From Eledone cirrhosa (lineage: Eukaryota), in NCBI GenBank assembly GCA_964016885.1, contig OZ024741.1, forward strand, positions 128,526,001 to 128,590,000: a stretch of 64,000 bases of DNA, in the 5' to 3' direction. Of the stretch, positions 45,801-61,895 are shown piece after piece (the stretch's first letter is position 1; each line of letters begins with the position of its first letter). The notes beneath the pieces are model-generated. The model was given only the letters and a program-made list of their open reading frames with translations. It was not told where the DNA came from and did no database searches. The position numbers were made by a program, and so were the translations under genes.

Positions 45801-46512
45801 AAGAGATAGCAAGAGAGAGAGAGCTAGATAGATATAGATAGAGAGAGAGAGAGAAGAGAGAGATAGATAGATAGATAGAGAGAGAGAGAGTACAAAATAC
45901 AGTAAGAATCCAAATAATGAAATAGATAAAGAGTAAAACGAGTGAGGAAGGAATACAGAGAGAGAGAGGGACAGAGAGAGAGAGAGAGAGAGAGAGAAGG
46001 GAGGGAGAGAGAGAGAGAATAAACCAAGCAAACACACACACATACACACCACACACACACACGTACACACACACTTATATATTTATATATTATTTATATA
46101 TATAAACAGAAGAGAATCAGGCATGTACCAAACCTTATTGTGGATCTGGGAACATCTATTACCAACATGATCGTCTCTCAAAGACTCTTCTTATTTCTTT
46201 CTTTCTCTTCCTTTTCTTCTTTCCTTTCTCTTTCCTTCTCATCTTCTTTCTCTCTCCCTCTCTTACTGGTTATCTCCACAAGTCATGGATACACAGCAGG
46301 TAAATAATATTATTTTCATTGTTATTATCACTGTATTATATTACACACACACACACACTAATATCATGTGTATGTATATATATATATATGTATGTGTGTG
46401 TGTGCGTGTGTGTGTGTGTGCGTGTGTGTGTGTGTGCGTGTGTGTGTGTGTGTGTGTGCGTGTGTGCGTGTGTGTGCGTGTGTGTGTGTGCGTGTGTGTG
46501 TGTGTGTGTGCG

Positions 46513-46550
<38 letters not shown>

Positions 46551-46558
46551 CGCGTGTG

Positions 46559-46616
<58 letters not shown>

Positions 46617-46772
46617 CGTGTGTGCGTGTGTGTGCGTGTGTGCGTGTGTGTGTGTGTGTGTGTATAAATGTAAAAGGTAAACAGAAATAACAACGCAATC
46701 GCTACAATATATGGATGGGTTATATTAGATTAACGCTTGATATAGCAGGAATATATATATATATGATTAATT

Positions 46773-46826
<54 letters not shown>

Positions 46827-46983
46827 AATTAATCATCTTTTAAAAAGGTAATATTTGAAGCTCTAGTTAAACTTTAATTAGTTACCTACCTAGCTATGTG
46901 TGATTACACACTTTACAAATTATCCCGTCATTGTTTCATGTGTTTATTTTAAATATATATATATGTGTCAATCAATTTCTAGT

Positions 46984-47072
<89 letters not shown>

Positions 47073-47239
47073 CATATATGTATATATCTGTATATGTATA
47101 TATATCATATATATATATATATGTGTGTGCGTGTGTATGTAGATATATATATATACATATATATACATGCACAAACACGCACACACACGCACACACACAC
47201 ACATTTATATATATATATATAGAACATATATATATATTT

Positions 47240-47299
<60 letters not shown>

Positions 47300-47573
47300 T
47301 ATTGTATATATATATATGTATTATTGTATATATATATATATATATATATATACTCTTTTAATCTTTTACCTGTTCCATGCTATATATATATATAATGTGT
47401 GTTTGTATGTATACAAATGATGAATCAAAACATATCAAATATGTTAAGAATTTTGTTTTTCTCAATAAATAAGCTCAATAGATTCTATCTAGAGCCAAAA
47501 TAATCAAATTAAAAAATATATGGCTCTTTTTCTCTCTATATATAAACATATAGCTTTTAATTTGGTTATATTT

Positions 47574-47606
<33 letters not shown>

Positions 47607-47676
47607 GGGGGTTCCACTATCATGATTTCTTGCGAACGAAAACAGTTCGAGTCCTGAAGAAGTCATTTCTATTATA

Positions 47677-47719
<43 letters not shown>

Positions 47720-47723
<4 letters not shown>

Positions 47724-47910
47724 AACGAGTAGGACCCCGACGGCTGAGCTCAAGCCGTTTCACACGTTTCTGAGTCCAGAATTAGCCGTCGAAACGGCTT
47801 GAGCTCAGCCGTCGGGGTCCTACTCGTTCCTATTACCCACTCTACTACCCTAAGTATTGAGTACTTTGGTGCGTTATGGTCCACCTGGTTCCTTACCACA
47901 TTCCCTTCGT
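47720..47910. mobile_element. Palindromic family A element (tail on the right)
   Basis: Arms aggaacgagtaggaccccgacggc / gccgtcggggtcctactcgttcct; tail ends ccttcgtt(TA)n. Confidence 0.85.
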
Positions 47911-47926
47911 TATATATATAATATAT

Positions 47927-48062
<136 letters not shown>

Positions 48063-48380
48063 CCAAACTCACGTATCTGTGTTTGTGCGTGTGTAAAAAT
48101 CTGTATATAGTATGTTTCTAATCCCATGTGATAACCTACGTAATGTTTACGACACATCTGAGCGTGTCTGTTTATGTTTATATATATAACATAACCCAAC
48201 TGGAGCTAACAATTTAAGCATGTTGATAGTTACATGTATAGATTTTATATAGTGCATGTGTATATAAATATACCATATAGGTGTATTTTACTACTTTAAT
48301 ATATTTATATATGTATGTCTGTATAAATACATGCATATAAGTAGCTTATTGTATTACACGCACACATATCATATAAGACT

Positions 48381-48431
<51 letters not shown>

Positions 48432-48480
48432 CTGTTTGTGAATACAAATACATATATATATGTATATGTATATATATATG

Positions 48481-48528
<48 letters not shown>

Positions 48529-48628
48529 TGTATGTATGTATGTATGTATGTATGTATGTATGTATGTATGTATGTATGTATGTATGTATGTATCTGTGTG
48601 TGTATTTGTGTGTGTATGTGTGTGTAAT

Positions 48629-48687
<59 letters not shown>

Positions 48688-48824
48688 TGTATACATACAT
48701 ACAAATGGTAATCATTGCTTTGGAAGTAAAGTGGTATATATAACATTCAACCTGGTGGTATAAGTTTATATATAAGAAATATATACACACACACGTGTAC
48801 ATAGGCACGAACACACACACACAT

Positions 48825-48899
<75 letters not shown>

Positions 48900-48900
48900 T

Positions 48901-48936
<36 letters not shown>

Positions 48937-49249
48937 GTGTTTACGTTTACTGAAGCTTAGTACTTTGAATATTAAAACATTAACTGAAATTGCCACTGAA
49001 TGTAAATTACATATCCTGAGTAGAAAAGAGGTAGTGACTTCGAAGTTTCAGCATAGTTCTCTCATCGGTCTACACAAACCTATATGGGGTCATGTATAAA
49101 TGTATGCATGCTTTGTGTGTGTTATATGAAACGTGGTTGTTGTTTACATACAAATAACCTTGTTTGACAGAGGTATATATATATACCTCTTTCATATATA
49201 TACCTCACATATATATATATATATATATATATACCTCTTTCATATACAC

Positions 49250-49339
<90 letters not shown>

Positions 49340-49435
49340 ATATATACCTCATATATATATATATATATATATATTATATTATATATATATATATTATATA
49401 TATATATATATATTATATTCCTCTTTCATATATAC

Positions 49436-49499
<64 letters not shown>

Positions 49500-49644
49500 A
49501 ACAAGTAAGACTCCTGGGGTCTTACTTGTTCCTATTACCCACTCTACTACTCTAAGTATTGAGTACTTTGGTGCGTTATGGTCCACCTGGTTCCTTACCA
49601 CATTTCCTTCGTTATATATATATATATTTAATATATATGTATAT

Positions 49645-49818
49645 ATATTTAATATAGAACTGTTTCATTCGGGAGAAATCATCAGGGCTTCCTGATGATT
49701 TCTCCCGAATAAAACAGTTCTAGTGCTGTAGAAGCCATTTCTATTTTAAATATTTATTCTCTGCTTTGTATTGAGTACCTTACTTGCTGTGGTTACCTCC
49801 GATTGAAACCTGGATAAA

Positions 49819-49820
<2 letters not shown>
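49645..49820. mobile_element. Palindromic family B element, core mutated GAAA to AAAA
   Basis: Hammerhead at 49686-49736; further B copies at 38284, 47615, 50620-50812, 52797 and 56645-56810. Confidence 0.8.
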
Positions 49821-49869
<49 letters not shown>

Positions 49870-50015
49870 CGAAAGAAATGTGGTAAGGAACCAGGTGGAC
49901 CATAACGCACCAAATTACTCAATACTTAGGGTAGTAGAGTGGGTAATAGGAACCAGTAAGACCCCGACGGCTGAGCTCAATCCGTTTCGACGGCTAATTC
50001 TGAATTACTGGTTCC

Positions 50016-50047
<32 letters not shown>

Positions 50048-50349
50048 TATGGGGAGGGGGAGATGTGTGTAGATACATTTGTGGCTGTACGACGGTCGTG
50101 AAGTGGTTGGTATTAGGAAGGGTATCCAGCCGCAGAGACCGTGACAAGACTAAGATATTAGGAAGTCACATCTCACGCCTTTGGCTTCAAATCGTGACAA
50201 TACACCAACTTAAACGAACATATTTATTACCTACAAATATATACACATGTATACACACACATACATATATATATATTATATATATATATATATTATACAT
50301 ATATATATATTATATATATATATATATTATACATATGTATATATTATAT

Positions 50350-50421
<72 letters not shown>

Positions 50422-50464
50422 ATATAATATATACAATATATATATAATATTGTATATAATATAT

Positions 50465-50495
<31 letters not shown>

Positions 50496-50521
50496 CATAT
50501 ATATATTGTATATAATATATA

Positions 50522-50560
<39 letters not shown>

Positions 50561-50581
50561 TTATTAACTATGTCTTTTATT

Positions 50582-50622
<41 letters not shown>

Positions 50623-50809
50623 TTAATATAGATGAGTTTCTACAGGACTAGAACTGTTTCATTCTATAGAAATCATCAGGAATTAAACATCAAAGAATGA
50701 AACAGTTCTAGTCCTGTAGAATCTCATATATATTAAAACTTTTAGACTCTGCTATGTATTGAGTACCTTACTTACTGTGGTTACCTCCGATTCAACCCGG
50801 AATAACTTA

Positions 50810-50884
<75 letters not shown>

Positions 50885-51074
50885 GTAGGAGGTGAGTTTT
50901 ATTGTAGTACAATAAAGCAATGCAGATATCGAATAAGAAGCACTCTACAGTTTGTAGGACTGGAGTATACATAGTATATAAGATCAAAAGATGGTTAGAA
51001 GAGTTCATGTATTTTATGTTGATTTAAAACTGCACTATTCACAAGTGTTCTTTAACCTTCATATCATGTCTTCC

Positions 51075-51141
51075 TATTTTATCTGATGAAAACACGTTAT
51101 TGCATGATGATATTTGTTTTTGAAATGCGCATAATAAAATA
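51075..51141 (+). ncRNA. Hammerhead ribozyme, family C variant (intact)
   Basis: tattttat-CTGATGA-aaaca...tgttttt-GAAA-tgcgca-TA-ataaaata: perfect 8 bp stem I, palindromic stem III. Confidence 0.85.
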
Positions 51142-51169
51142 CATGGAACTCTTTTAACCATCTTTTGAT

Positions 51170-51229
<60 letters not shown>

Positions 51230-51442
51230 TATATAGATATATAGATATATAGATATATATAATATATAGATATATAATATGTATATGTGTGTGTGTGAGC
51301 ATATTTGTATATAGACATTTATACATGTGTATACAATACACACACACATACATATATATATACACATATATATACACATATATATATACACATATGTATG
51401 CATATTTATATATATATGTATGCATATATATATATGTATACA

Positions 51443-51473
<31 letters not shown>

Positions 51474-51474
51474 C

Positions 51475-51505
<31 letters not shown>

Positions 51506-51510
51506 CGTAC

Positions 51511-51661
<151 letters not shown>

Positions 51662-51701
51662 GTACATATGTATATATATATATATATATATATACACGTA
51701 C

Positions 51702-51732
<31 letters not shown>

Positions 51733-51849
51733 CATACATATGTATACAATATATATATATATATACATATGTTTCAATCTTTATATATCTACATATGTAT
51801 ACAATATTTAGATATATATGTATGTATGGATATTTATATAGATAATATC

Positions 51850-51891
<42 letters not shown>

Positions 51892-51929
51892 TACATATAT
51901 ACACACACATATATATATATATATACATG

Positions 51930-52374
51930 TAAAGTTATATTTAAAATTGTTGGGTTACAACTAGTAAATATTTATAACTGATATAAAAGCACTCGACAAA
52001 TACTTGGAGTATATTTACAATATTAAATAAATGGAAAACTATATTTATAAAACCATATTTATTTCATTATATATATTTCGGGGATATCATATTAACAATA
52101 TGCTATGCCTTCATCAGACAAAATACAATATAAACAGTTTTATAGATAAATATATTCGACATACCGTAATAAACATCAACTTCATTTGAAGAGGTTTAAA
52201 ACCTCTTCAAATGAAATTGATGTTTATTACGGTATGTCGAATATATTTATCTATAAAACTGTTTATATTGTATTTTGTCTGATGAAGGCATAGCATATTG
52301 TTAATATGATATCCCCGAAATATATATAATGAAATAAATATGGTTTTATAAATATAGTTTTCCATTTATTTAAT

Positions 52375-52385
<11 letters not shown>
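51930..52385. mobile_element. Palindromic family C element with two hammerheads
   Basis: ~180 bp near-perfect arms centred at ~52199; cores at 52060-52125 (-) and 52271-52336 (+). Confidence 0.85.
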
Positions 52386-52433
<48 letters not shown>

Positions 52434-52494
52434 TATATACATATATACATATATATATGTATATATATATATATATATACATATATACATATAT

Positions 52495-52620
<126 letters not shown>

Positions 52621-52878
52621 ATATATTTGTATATATATATATATATATATATGCTTGTCTGTGATAAACAGGCGAAACTACAGAGTAACAAGACTCACTA
52701 TTTAGCCCAAATAACATTAATATAAAAACACTACTTCGGTATAATATATACTTTGTGCGTTGGGAGATCATAGATATCTTTTTAGATGTAAACATGACTG
52801 ATGATTTCATACGGATGAAACAGTTTTTGTCCTGTAGAAGTTATTTCTATATGTAATAAAGATATGTATGTATGTGAT

Positions 52879-52963
<85 letters not shown>

Positions 52964-53149
52964 TATATATATATAAATATGTATATATAAATATATATAT
53001 ATATAAATATGTATATATATATATATACTCTTAATCTTATACCTGCTTCAGCCATCCGGCTGAGGCCATACCCGGGGACCGGCCTTATATATATATGTAC
53101 ATAAAATGTATATGTATATATATATATATATACACACACATACACAGAT

Positions 53150-53236
<87 letters not shown>

Positions 53237-53273
53237 TATATATACTATATATATATATATTATATACACACAG

Positions 53274-53304
<31 letters not shown>

Positions 53305-53702
53305 CACATATATAGTGTATTGTGGATATGAATAACACATCGTAAAATCCGTTTTCGTGGTAAAGTGTGACCTCATAACATGTTGATACGGAGAACTACA
53401 GTCACGTATTTAGGTTGAACAATGAAAACAAAAGATATGAGATTCTGTGCTTTTTAAATCTATTGTTTTACGATCGTTTCAAAGGGTGAAATGAATTAAT
53501 CGATAGTAGTTATGTAACTCCATATCATTAGTCTCGCTATATATATATATATATAATATGTATATATATAAGTATTTATTTATTTATATTCAATATAATC
53601 AATATATATACATATGTATATATATATATATATTACACACAGACTATATACATATTATAAACAAACTATATAAGTGTGTGTGTATATATAAACATATATG
53701 CA

Positions 53703-53752
<50 letters not shown>

Positions 53753-53811
53753 CATATATATATATACATATATATATATACACATATATAGATACACATA
53801 TATATATATAC

Positions 53812-53855
<44 letters not shown>

Positions 53856-53878
53856 ATATATATATATATATATATGTA

Positions 53879-53927
<49 letters not shown>

Positions 53928-54384
53928 TTTATTTGTTTAGGAATATTTTGATATAAATCTGTCAGATGACCAGATCGAAACTGGATATAGGTCTACATCA
54001 TTGATTAAGTCTTAGAGCCGATCATCTGCGAAACATGCGTGACGTCCGTTCATAGATGTATTGTACCCTATTTTAGAAGCTATTACTATTATTAATCGAC
54101 TGAATTTACAGTTATTTTCTGTGTTGGGGATTCCTACACACACACACACACACACACACATTCACTCATATATGTGTATGTAATATATATGTCTATGTAT
54201 ATATATATAATATAAATATATATATCATGTATATATATATATATATATTATATATATATATATATCATGTATATATATATATTTCTTATATATATTATAT
54301 ATATCATGTATATATATATATTTCTTATATATATTATATATATCATGTATACGTATATATATTATATATACATATATATATATA

Positions 54385-54437
<53 letters not shown>

Positions 54438-54611
54438 TATATATATATAAGCAAAAGGGATATTCAATTTGTTGGTAATTCAACAAATATAAATGTTTAC
54501 AACTGATTCAGAGCACTCGACAGATTTTCTAGAGTATAATATTTAACTTGAACCGTTAAGGTATTTTTCTTGGTTATGTCAAAATTTATAAAACTTATAA
54601 AACAAACTTCG

Positions 54612-54672
54612 TATTTTATCTGATGAAAGCGTACCAAAGTCTTGGTACCCTTGAAATATATATAATAGAATA
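54612..54672 (+). ncRNA. Hammerhead ribozyme, family C
   Basis: tattttat-CTGATGA-aagcgtacca(aagtct)tggtaccctt-GAAA-tatata-TA-atagaata. Confidence 0.8.
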
Positions 54673-54729
54673 AATATGGTTTCCATATATTTAATATCAT
54701 TGTATATATATATATATATTTCTTATATA

Positions 54730-54770
<41 letters not shown>

Positions 54771-55306
54771 GTGTGTGTGTGTGTGTGTGTCTGTGTGTGT
54801 ATTTCAAACTCCTTACTCCATTTCGACATTCAGCCAGTCCAAACACAAAACCTAGTTCTTAGCGGACTGCTAACCCTAACCCTTAAACCCGAAGCCATCG
54901 CTAATTTAGAATCAAATTTCCACAAAACCTTTCACCCTATCCTTATCATGTACGTTACAAATGTAAACATTGGGTGAAGCTTACTTAAAAGTATATCTAA
55001 AAATTAGGGTGTTTATTATTGACATGAACTTCTCCCTATATTTTGTTTTCTTTGATTATTTTTTTTACTGGTTTCAGGCCATTATGCTGTGGTCATGCTG
55101 GGGCAGGCATGGATTTAGTCGGTCATATCGACCTCAGTACATATTTTTAATGGTTTTACTTATTTTTATTTATATTTAAGTCTGGTACTTATTTTATCCA
55201 TCTCTCTTTGTGCGATCCTCTATGTTACGGGACATTAACACCAGATATAAGCACAAACGAAAATATAAATGTACACTCACACACACTTTAAATATTATAT
55301 ATATAC

Positions 55307-55338
<32 letters not shown>

Positions 55339-55453
55339 GTATATATGTATATTTATATATATATGTATATATATATATATGTATATATATATGTATTTAT
55401 ATATATATATATTTATATTTATATATATATTTATATTTATATATATTTATATT

Positions 55454-55518
<65 letters not shown>

Positions 55519-55605
55519 ATATAAATATATATATATATATTTATATTTATATATATATAAATATATATATATATAAATATATTTATATATATATAAATAT
55601 ATTTA

Positions 55606-55638
<33 letters not shown>

Positions 55639-55757
55639 ATATAAATATATTTATATATATATATATTGATATTTATATATATATAAATATATTTATATAT
55701 ATATATAAATATATTTATATATATATAAATATATTTATATTTATATATATATATATG

Positions 55758-55789
<32 letters not shown>

Positions 55790-56064
55790 TGTATGTATGT
55801 ATATTTATATCCATGGGGAAGTCCTGTATTTTCAGTTGCATAACGCCGATAAACCACAATAAGTAACGTTCTGATGTGCTAACGGGCTTAGCTCACACAC
55901 ATATATATACATATGTGCGTGTGTGAGTGTGTGTGTGTGTGACCTAAGCCCGTTAGCACACACACACACATATATGTTTATATATATATATATATGCATA
56001 CATATATATACACACACACACAGAAGCATGCATATAAATACATGCATATATATACATATGCATA

Positions 56065-56140
<76 letters not shown>

Positions 56141-56289
56141 GAGCGAGCGAGGGAGAGAGAGAGAGAGAGAGCGATATATATATGTTTATATATATATATG
56201 TATTATATAATATATACATATATATAAATCTTGTTTTTAAATGTATTGCCTTCTCTATATAGTTTTTGCATCATATATATATATATATT

Positions 56290-56320
<31 letters not shown>

Positions 56321-56354
56321 ATGTATATATATATATATGTACATGTATATATAT

Positions 56355-56400
<46 letters not shown>

Positions 56401-56576
56401 GTGTACGTGTATATATACATATTATGTTATACATATTATTATTGTATATATGATAAAGATATGTATAAATACATAGCTTTCTTTATATATATATACATAT
56501 ATACATATATACATATATATACATAAGTATACATATATACACATATTTGCATACAATATACATACATACACACACA

Positions 56577-56632
<56 letters not shown>

Positions 56633-56910
56633 TTTTATTACACAAATGACTTCTACAGAACTAGAAATGTTTCATTCTTAAGAAAACGAAAACGCCAGAA
56701 AGTCCTGATGATTTCTTACGAATGGAACAGTTCTAGTCTTGTAGAAGTCATTTCTATAACAAAATGAATATACACCTATATTCTACTAACGTATTGAGTA
56801 CCTTTTTTAACAGTCGTCGCCTCCTGATTTACATTGAGATGTTACATAATATATATATATATTTGTGTGCACATGTGTGTGTGCGTACGTGTGTTTGTTT
56901 GTGTGTGTAT

Positions 56911-56976
<66 letters not shown>

Positions 56977-57309
56977 ATCATAAGGACCCGGTGTCCCAGT
57001 TGATACTAATTTGTCCCAGAATGTCCCGGGTGTTTAATGAAAAGTCAGGATTACACAGGTTATGAACGAAAAAAAAATCTTCAAATCTACATAAAATCCC
57101 TATTGATGTTGACAGAATATTTTTCAATGAAACTCTTTTATTTGTCTAAGTTACAAACCGGCGAATTGACAGTCGTTAGAACATCGGATAGAATGTTTTA
57201 CCGTAATTGCTCCGGCTCTCTACTGTCTGCCCTAGAAACGCCGTATGTCAATAGGCCGTCCCTGCGACTTTGTCGGGAGTTACGGGATCATACATACGTG
57301 ACATGTATC

Positions 57310-57506
57310 CAGACCTGTCAACTCTCCCCGTCCGACGGGGAAATTTGTAATAGCCTTTGGGGCTGGGTGAGAGATGTCTTCTCTAGTGAAAATGAGTATA
57401 GGTTTTATTATGTAAAATTTCCCCCATTTTGCTTTATTTCTTCTCGTTTTGGGACACTTTTTTTCATGGTACTCCCCGTTTGGGTTTTTAGATGTTGGCA
57501 GGTCTA
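57310..57506. mobile_element. hAT-type MITE
   Basis: TIR cagacctgtcaac/gttggcaggtcta; 8 bp TSD catgtatc/tatgtatc. Confidence 0.75.
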
Positions 57507-57680
57507 TATGTATCTGTCTTCAACAAAACTGTGACGGTCGTTTTCAATAATAAAGCGTTCTAAATCTACTTGGAAATTCTATTACTGTCAGTCATTGGAA
57601 TGAGGTTTACTGGGTGGGGAGGGGGTTAAAGATCATATTTTAGATAGATTTCTTTTTAAATACTGATTTGATATATAACG

Positions 57681-58081
57681 GATTCTGATTTAGGTAAAAC
57701 AAAGACCAAAGGATTTGGGGGTGGGGGAAGGAGGTAAAGGTGGATTAAATCCACCCCAATACGTTATTGGGTACTTATTTCATCGATCCTGTAAGCAGTG
57801 CCGGATTTACCATTGTTCTTAGGTCTGCTTAAGCACAGGGCCCCGTTCACCAGAGAGGGGAGGGGCGTCTTCCTGTCAACAATTTCTTTTACCTCCTTCA
57901 GGGCCCAAATAAGGGGCCTCATAACTTAACTAGCACAGGGCCTCATTTGATCCTAAATCTGGCACTGCTTGTAAGGATGAAAGGCAAAGTTAACCTCGGC
58001 GGCATTTGAACGTAAAGAGCCGTAACTATATGCAGCAACGCATGTTGTCCGACGCTCTACCGATACTTCCAAGCCACCGCC
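57681..58081 (-). mobile_element. SINE family 1 interrupted by a MITE
   Basis: Body resumes at gtaaggatgaaaggc after the insertion. Confidence 0.8.
57796..57967. mobile_element. hAT-type MITE
   Basis: TIR cagtgccggattta/taaatctggcactg; 8 bp TSD cctgtaag/cttgtaag. Confidence 0.85.
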
Positions 58082-58409
58082 TTTGATTTAATACATAATG
58101 TTAACTTTAATTTTCAATTTTTGCAACTTTTGCAAAATTTAAGAAATTCATAGTTAGTTGCCAGTAAAATTAGTTATCGTGATGATAGTCTATAAGGTTT
58201 TTAGTGTAATAAAGTACTTCGATGGTTAAATTGAATTTTAAAAAAATCTTAGTGTTTTTGAAATGTTGAATTTTTCAATGTTATCTAATTTTTGTAGAAT
58301 ATTGGTAAATATCGGTGTCTGATATTGTCTATATATACAATTATCATACATAGGTATGGTAATTGTATGTATAGTTTAAAGGCTTTAAAATTATGGTAAA
58401 TCTATATAC

Positions 58410-58463
<54 letters not shown>

Positions 58464-58533
58464 ATGTATATGTGTGTATATATATATATATACATGATAT
58501 ATTCATATATATACTCATGTACACACACACACA

Positions 58534-58648
<115 letters not shown>

Positions 58649-58872
58649 TATATACACATACATTTGCAAATACTAAATCTTAAATCACACATACGTGCAT
58701 CATTTTACTCACTTGCGCACAATAATTCAGCAAACTATAGAAAGGTATACACATACACACATACTTACCTTCAGATACACACACATACATTTCACACACA
58801 AGTAGCTGTATATACAAACAGGAACACGTGTTCGCTGTATCATATGACGCCTATATTATACACATACATTCA

Positions 58873-59258
58873 TACATGGTGGCTGCCAACTCGTTTTCGA
58901 GTACGGCCACTACTTTATATCCATGTAGGAGAACCCCTACCGATGCGCTGAACGAGTGTGACTTTTTAGTCCGGCCAGCAGCTTGAAAACTCTGGTACAA
59001 ACACTACACTTGTGACAATTATTGACACATAGTGCTGGGCCCATGGTACCATGTGACGACAAGTGCAGAGAGATCTCCAGATATAAAGCAATGCCTGTGC
59101 CGTGAAGCTTTTATAGTGATCAAAGGCACTGCACAAAGCCAGTCCCACTCTCTTAACCAAGATGATATTTACCAAAAAGAAGAACAAGTCAACATCATTG
59201 GATACCATCATACATGATGGCTGCCCCCTCGTTATCGAGTATGGCCATTGCACGAGGA
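58873..59258 (-). mobile_element. RTE-like LINE 3' end remnants
   Basis: Minus strand [19 protein letters not shown] zinc-finger remnant; terminal motif tggcc(g/a)tactcga(a/t)aacgag..ggcagcca occurs twice. Confidence 0.55.
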
Positions 59259-59317
59259 GAAAAAAAAAAAAATTAATCAATAAATAAAAAAATAAAAAAA
59301 AATATATATATATATAT

Positions 59318-59630
<313 letters not shown>

Positions 59631-59789
59631 CACACATACATACACATATACACACACATACATTAATAACAATAATAATAATAATAATAATAATAACAAC
59701 AATAATAATAACGACAACAACAATGATAATATACATATACATATATATACACATACACGCACACACAAGCATATCTATACACACACACA

Positions 59790-60645
59790 TTTACACGATA
59801 GCAACTAACAGCGCTGCGATCGAATGTGGCTTTTTAGCCCAGCCAATGATCTAAAATGTCTTGCACAGAGTCGGCAACCAAAACACTCACTGGGAATAGT
59901 CGGCTGTGGTTGGAGTTCGTGTACTTTTGCATGTCGCTTGAGCCCTCCTGCTGATTTACATTCTCTACCACATATTTGGCAAGCATGATGAGTAGTATCT
60001 CCAACAGCAGCCTGGTAGTCAACCACTGGTCTTACTTTATGACTGCGAAGATGACTTTCGAGTCCAGCTTTGCTTAGGCAGAGTCTCGCACAGACGCTGC
60101 ATGTCAGCACCATAGGAGAACCCTCGCCGTCTGGAAATGCAACAGCAATGCCCTTCCTCACATCCCGCTTTACTTTCTCGTATGCGATTCGAGATGCCTC
60201 AAAGGCAACTTTTCCCTCATATACAGTCTTTCTCCATTTATTACGATCAGCAGCAATATTTTCCCATGTATCAGCAGAGATGTTAGCGTCTTTCAGAGAG
60301 GCTTTCAAGGAATCCTTATACCTCTTTTTTGGTTTATGTGGCGGTCGTTTTCCTTTAACCAACTATCCATAAAAGAGTTGTTTTGGTATTCTAGAATCCT
60401 TCATCCTGGCAAGGTGACCACTCCAACGGAGTCGTTGCTTAAGCACAAGAGCTTCTATACTGTCACACATAGAGCTTTCCAAAATTTCGACATCACTGAT
60501 GTGGTCCCTCCAGTGAACGCCATGGATCCGTCTGAGACACATCTGATGGAAACGCTCCAATTGCTTAAGGTGGTGTCGATATGTGACCCAGGTCTCGCAG
60601 GCATAAAGAAGACAAGAGAGCACACATGCCCTGTACACCGTTACC
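59790..60645 (-). pseudogene. RTE-clade LINE C-terminus with three C2H2 zinc fingers
   Basis: YRACVLSCLLYACETW...LRWSGHLARM..RIPKQLFYG*..GKRP..KPKKRYKD; one in-frame stop at 60363. Confidence 0.9.
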
Positions 60646-61101
60646 ACATACACCATACATACATACATACATATAGAGAGAGAGGGGGAGAGGGAGAGAG
60701 AGAGAGAATATAACGTACAGATGTACGCTTAGAAACCAAAATAGCGAGGTTATTATGAACCAGCGAGGAACCTGGCGTGGTCACTCGATCTGGTCAAATA
60801 GCAGTTAAATCTTCCTCAAAAACCTCTTGTCGTCATATACCATATACAATGGAACATCGGTTCACAAACGCCTCTCATCACGAACAAATCGGACCAGTCT
60901 ACGAACAATTGTTCCGAACATAAAACGTCTCGGCTCACGAACGGTGAACAAGCTTGGAGTACGGGCGGGAAAGCATTACATCCTGTGTAAATTAGTTACT
61001 ATGGTGATATCTACCTGTCTTTCACACTCAGTCTCTCTCTCAACGTTTCATGCATATATATATATATATTTATATACGCACCCACATTAACTTACTCGGC
61101 G

Positions 61102-61320
61102 TTGCATTGGATCTACCCACCTCATTTTACTATCCCCCTCCATAAACTTAACGAATCACTACTATACACCAACATACATTCTAACGACGCTAGAAATATT
61201 ATTAGTAATCTAACAGGAAACATCTTCAAAATATTTAACCTTTCGACTAATTATGAAATATTCAACACTTCGGCACAATATTACAATGGCGCCCTTGCCA
61301 GAAGAGTTTTAAAAAGAAAT
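61102..61320 (+). pseudogene. Degenerate PLE reverse transcriptase thumb fragment
   Basis: LLYTNIHSND..II..L..NI...LS.N.EIFN.SA.YYNGALAR resembles the PLE pattern LYI..SNHP..I...LS....F.....Y..AL. Confidence 0.6.
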
Positions 61321-61389
61321 CCCCCATCCACGCATACCATCTACAACCCCTAATGTCTTTCGGTTTGGACTATATATATATATATATAT

Positions 61390-61752
61390 AATATAAAACG
61401 AAAAATCAGTGATGCGTCTGAACTCAATTTATTGTGTGTTACAATTGTTTCGCCGGCAGACAGCTCGAGACGCGATCATTGTGTGGATCTGTCTGATTCT
61501 GGATCTGCAGGTTCGACGGACACGTCTAATGATTTCGGAGACGTGTCCGTCGAACCTGCAGATCCAGAATCAGACAGATCCACACAATGATCGCGTCTCG
61601 AGCTGTCCGCCGGCGAAACAATTGTAACACACAATAAATTGAGTTCAGACGCATCACTGATTTTTCGTTTTATATTATATCATACTCTGCTCTGTAAGAG
61701 CATAGAGTGCTCAACCGGCATACCGCCTATGGAAGCACCTTAGCTACCATCA
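61390..61752. mobile_element. Palindromic PLE-like element, family E
   Basis: ~137 bp near-perfect arms (61390-61526, 61538-61676) with GAAA-caattg-TA, then a tail. Confidence 0.8.
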
Positions 61753-61765
61753 TACACACACACAA

Positions 61766-61895
<130 letters not shown>

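Noticed and set aside
60845-61010. Possible pogo/Tigger-like terminus
   Set aside because: No matching second TIR found.
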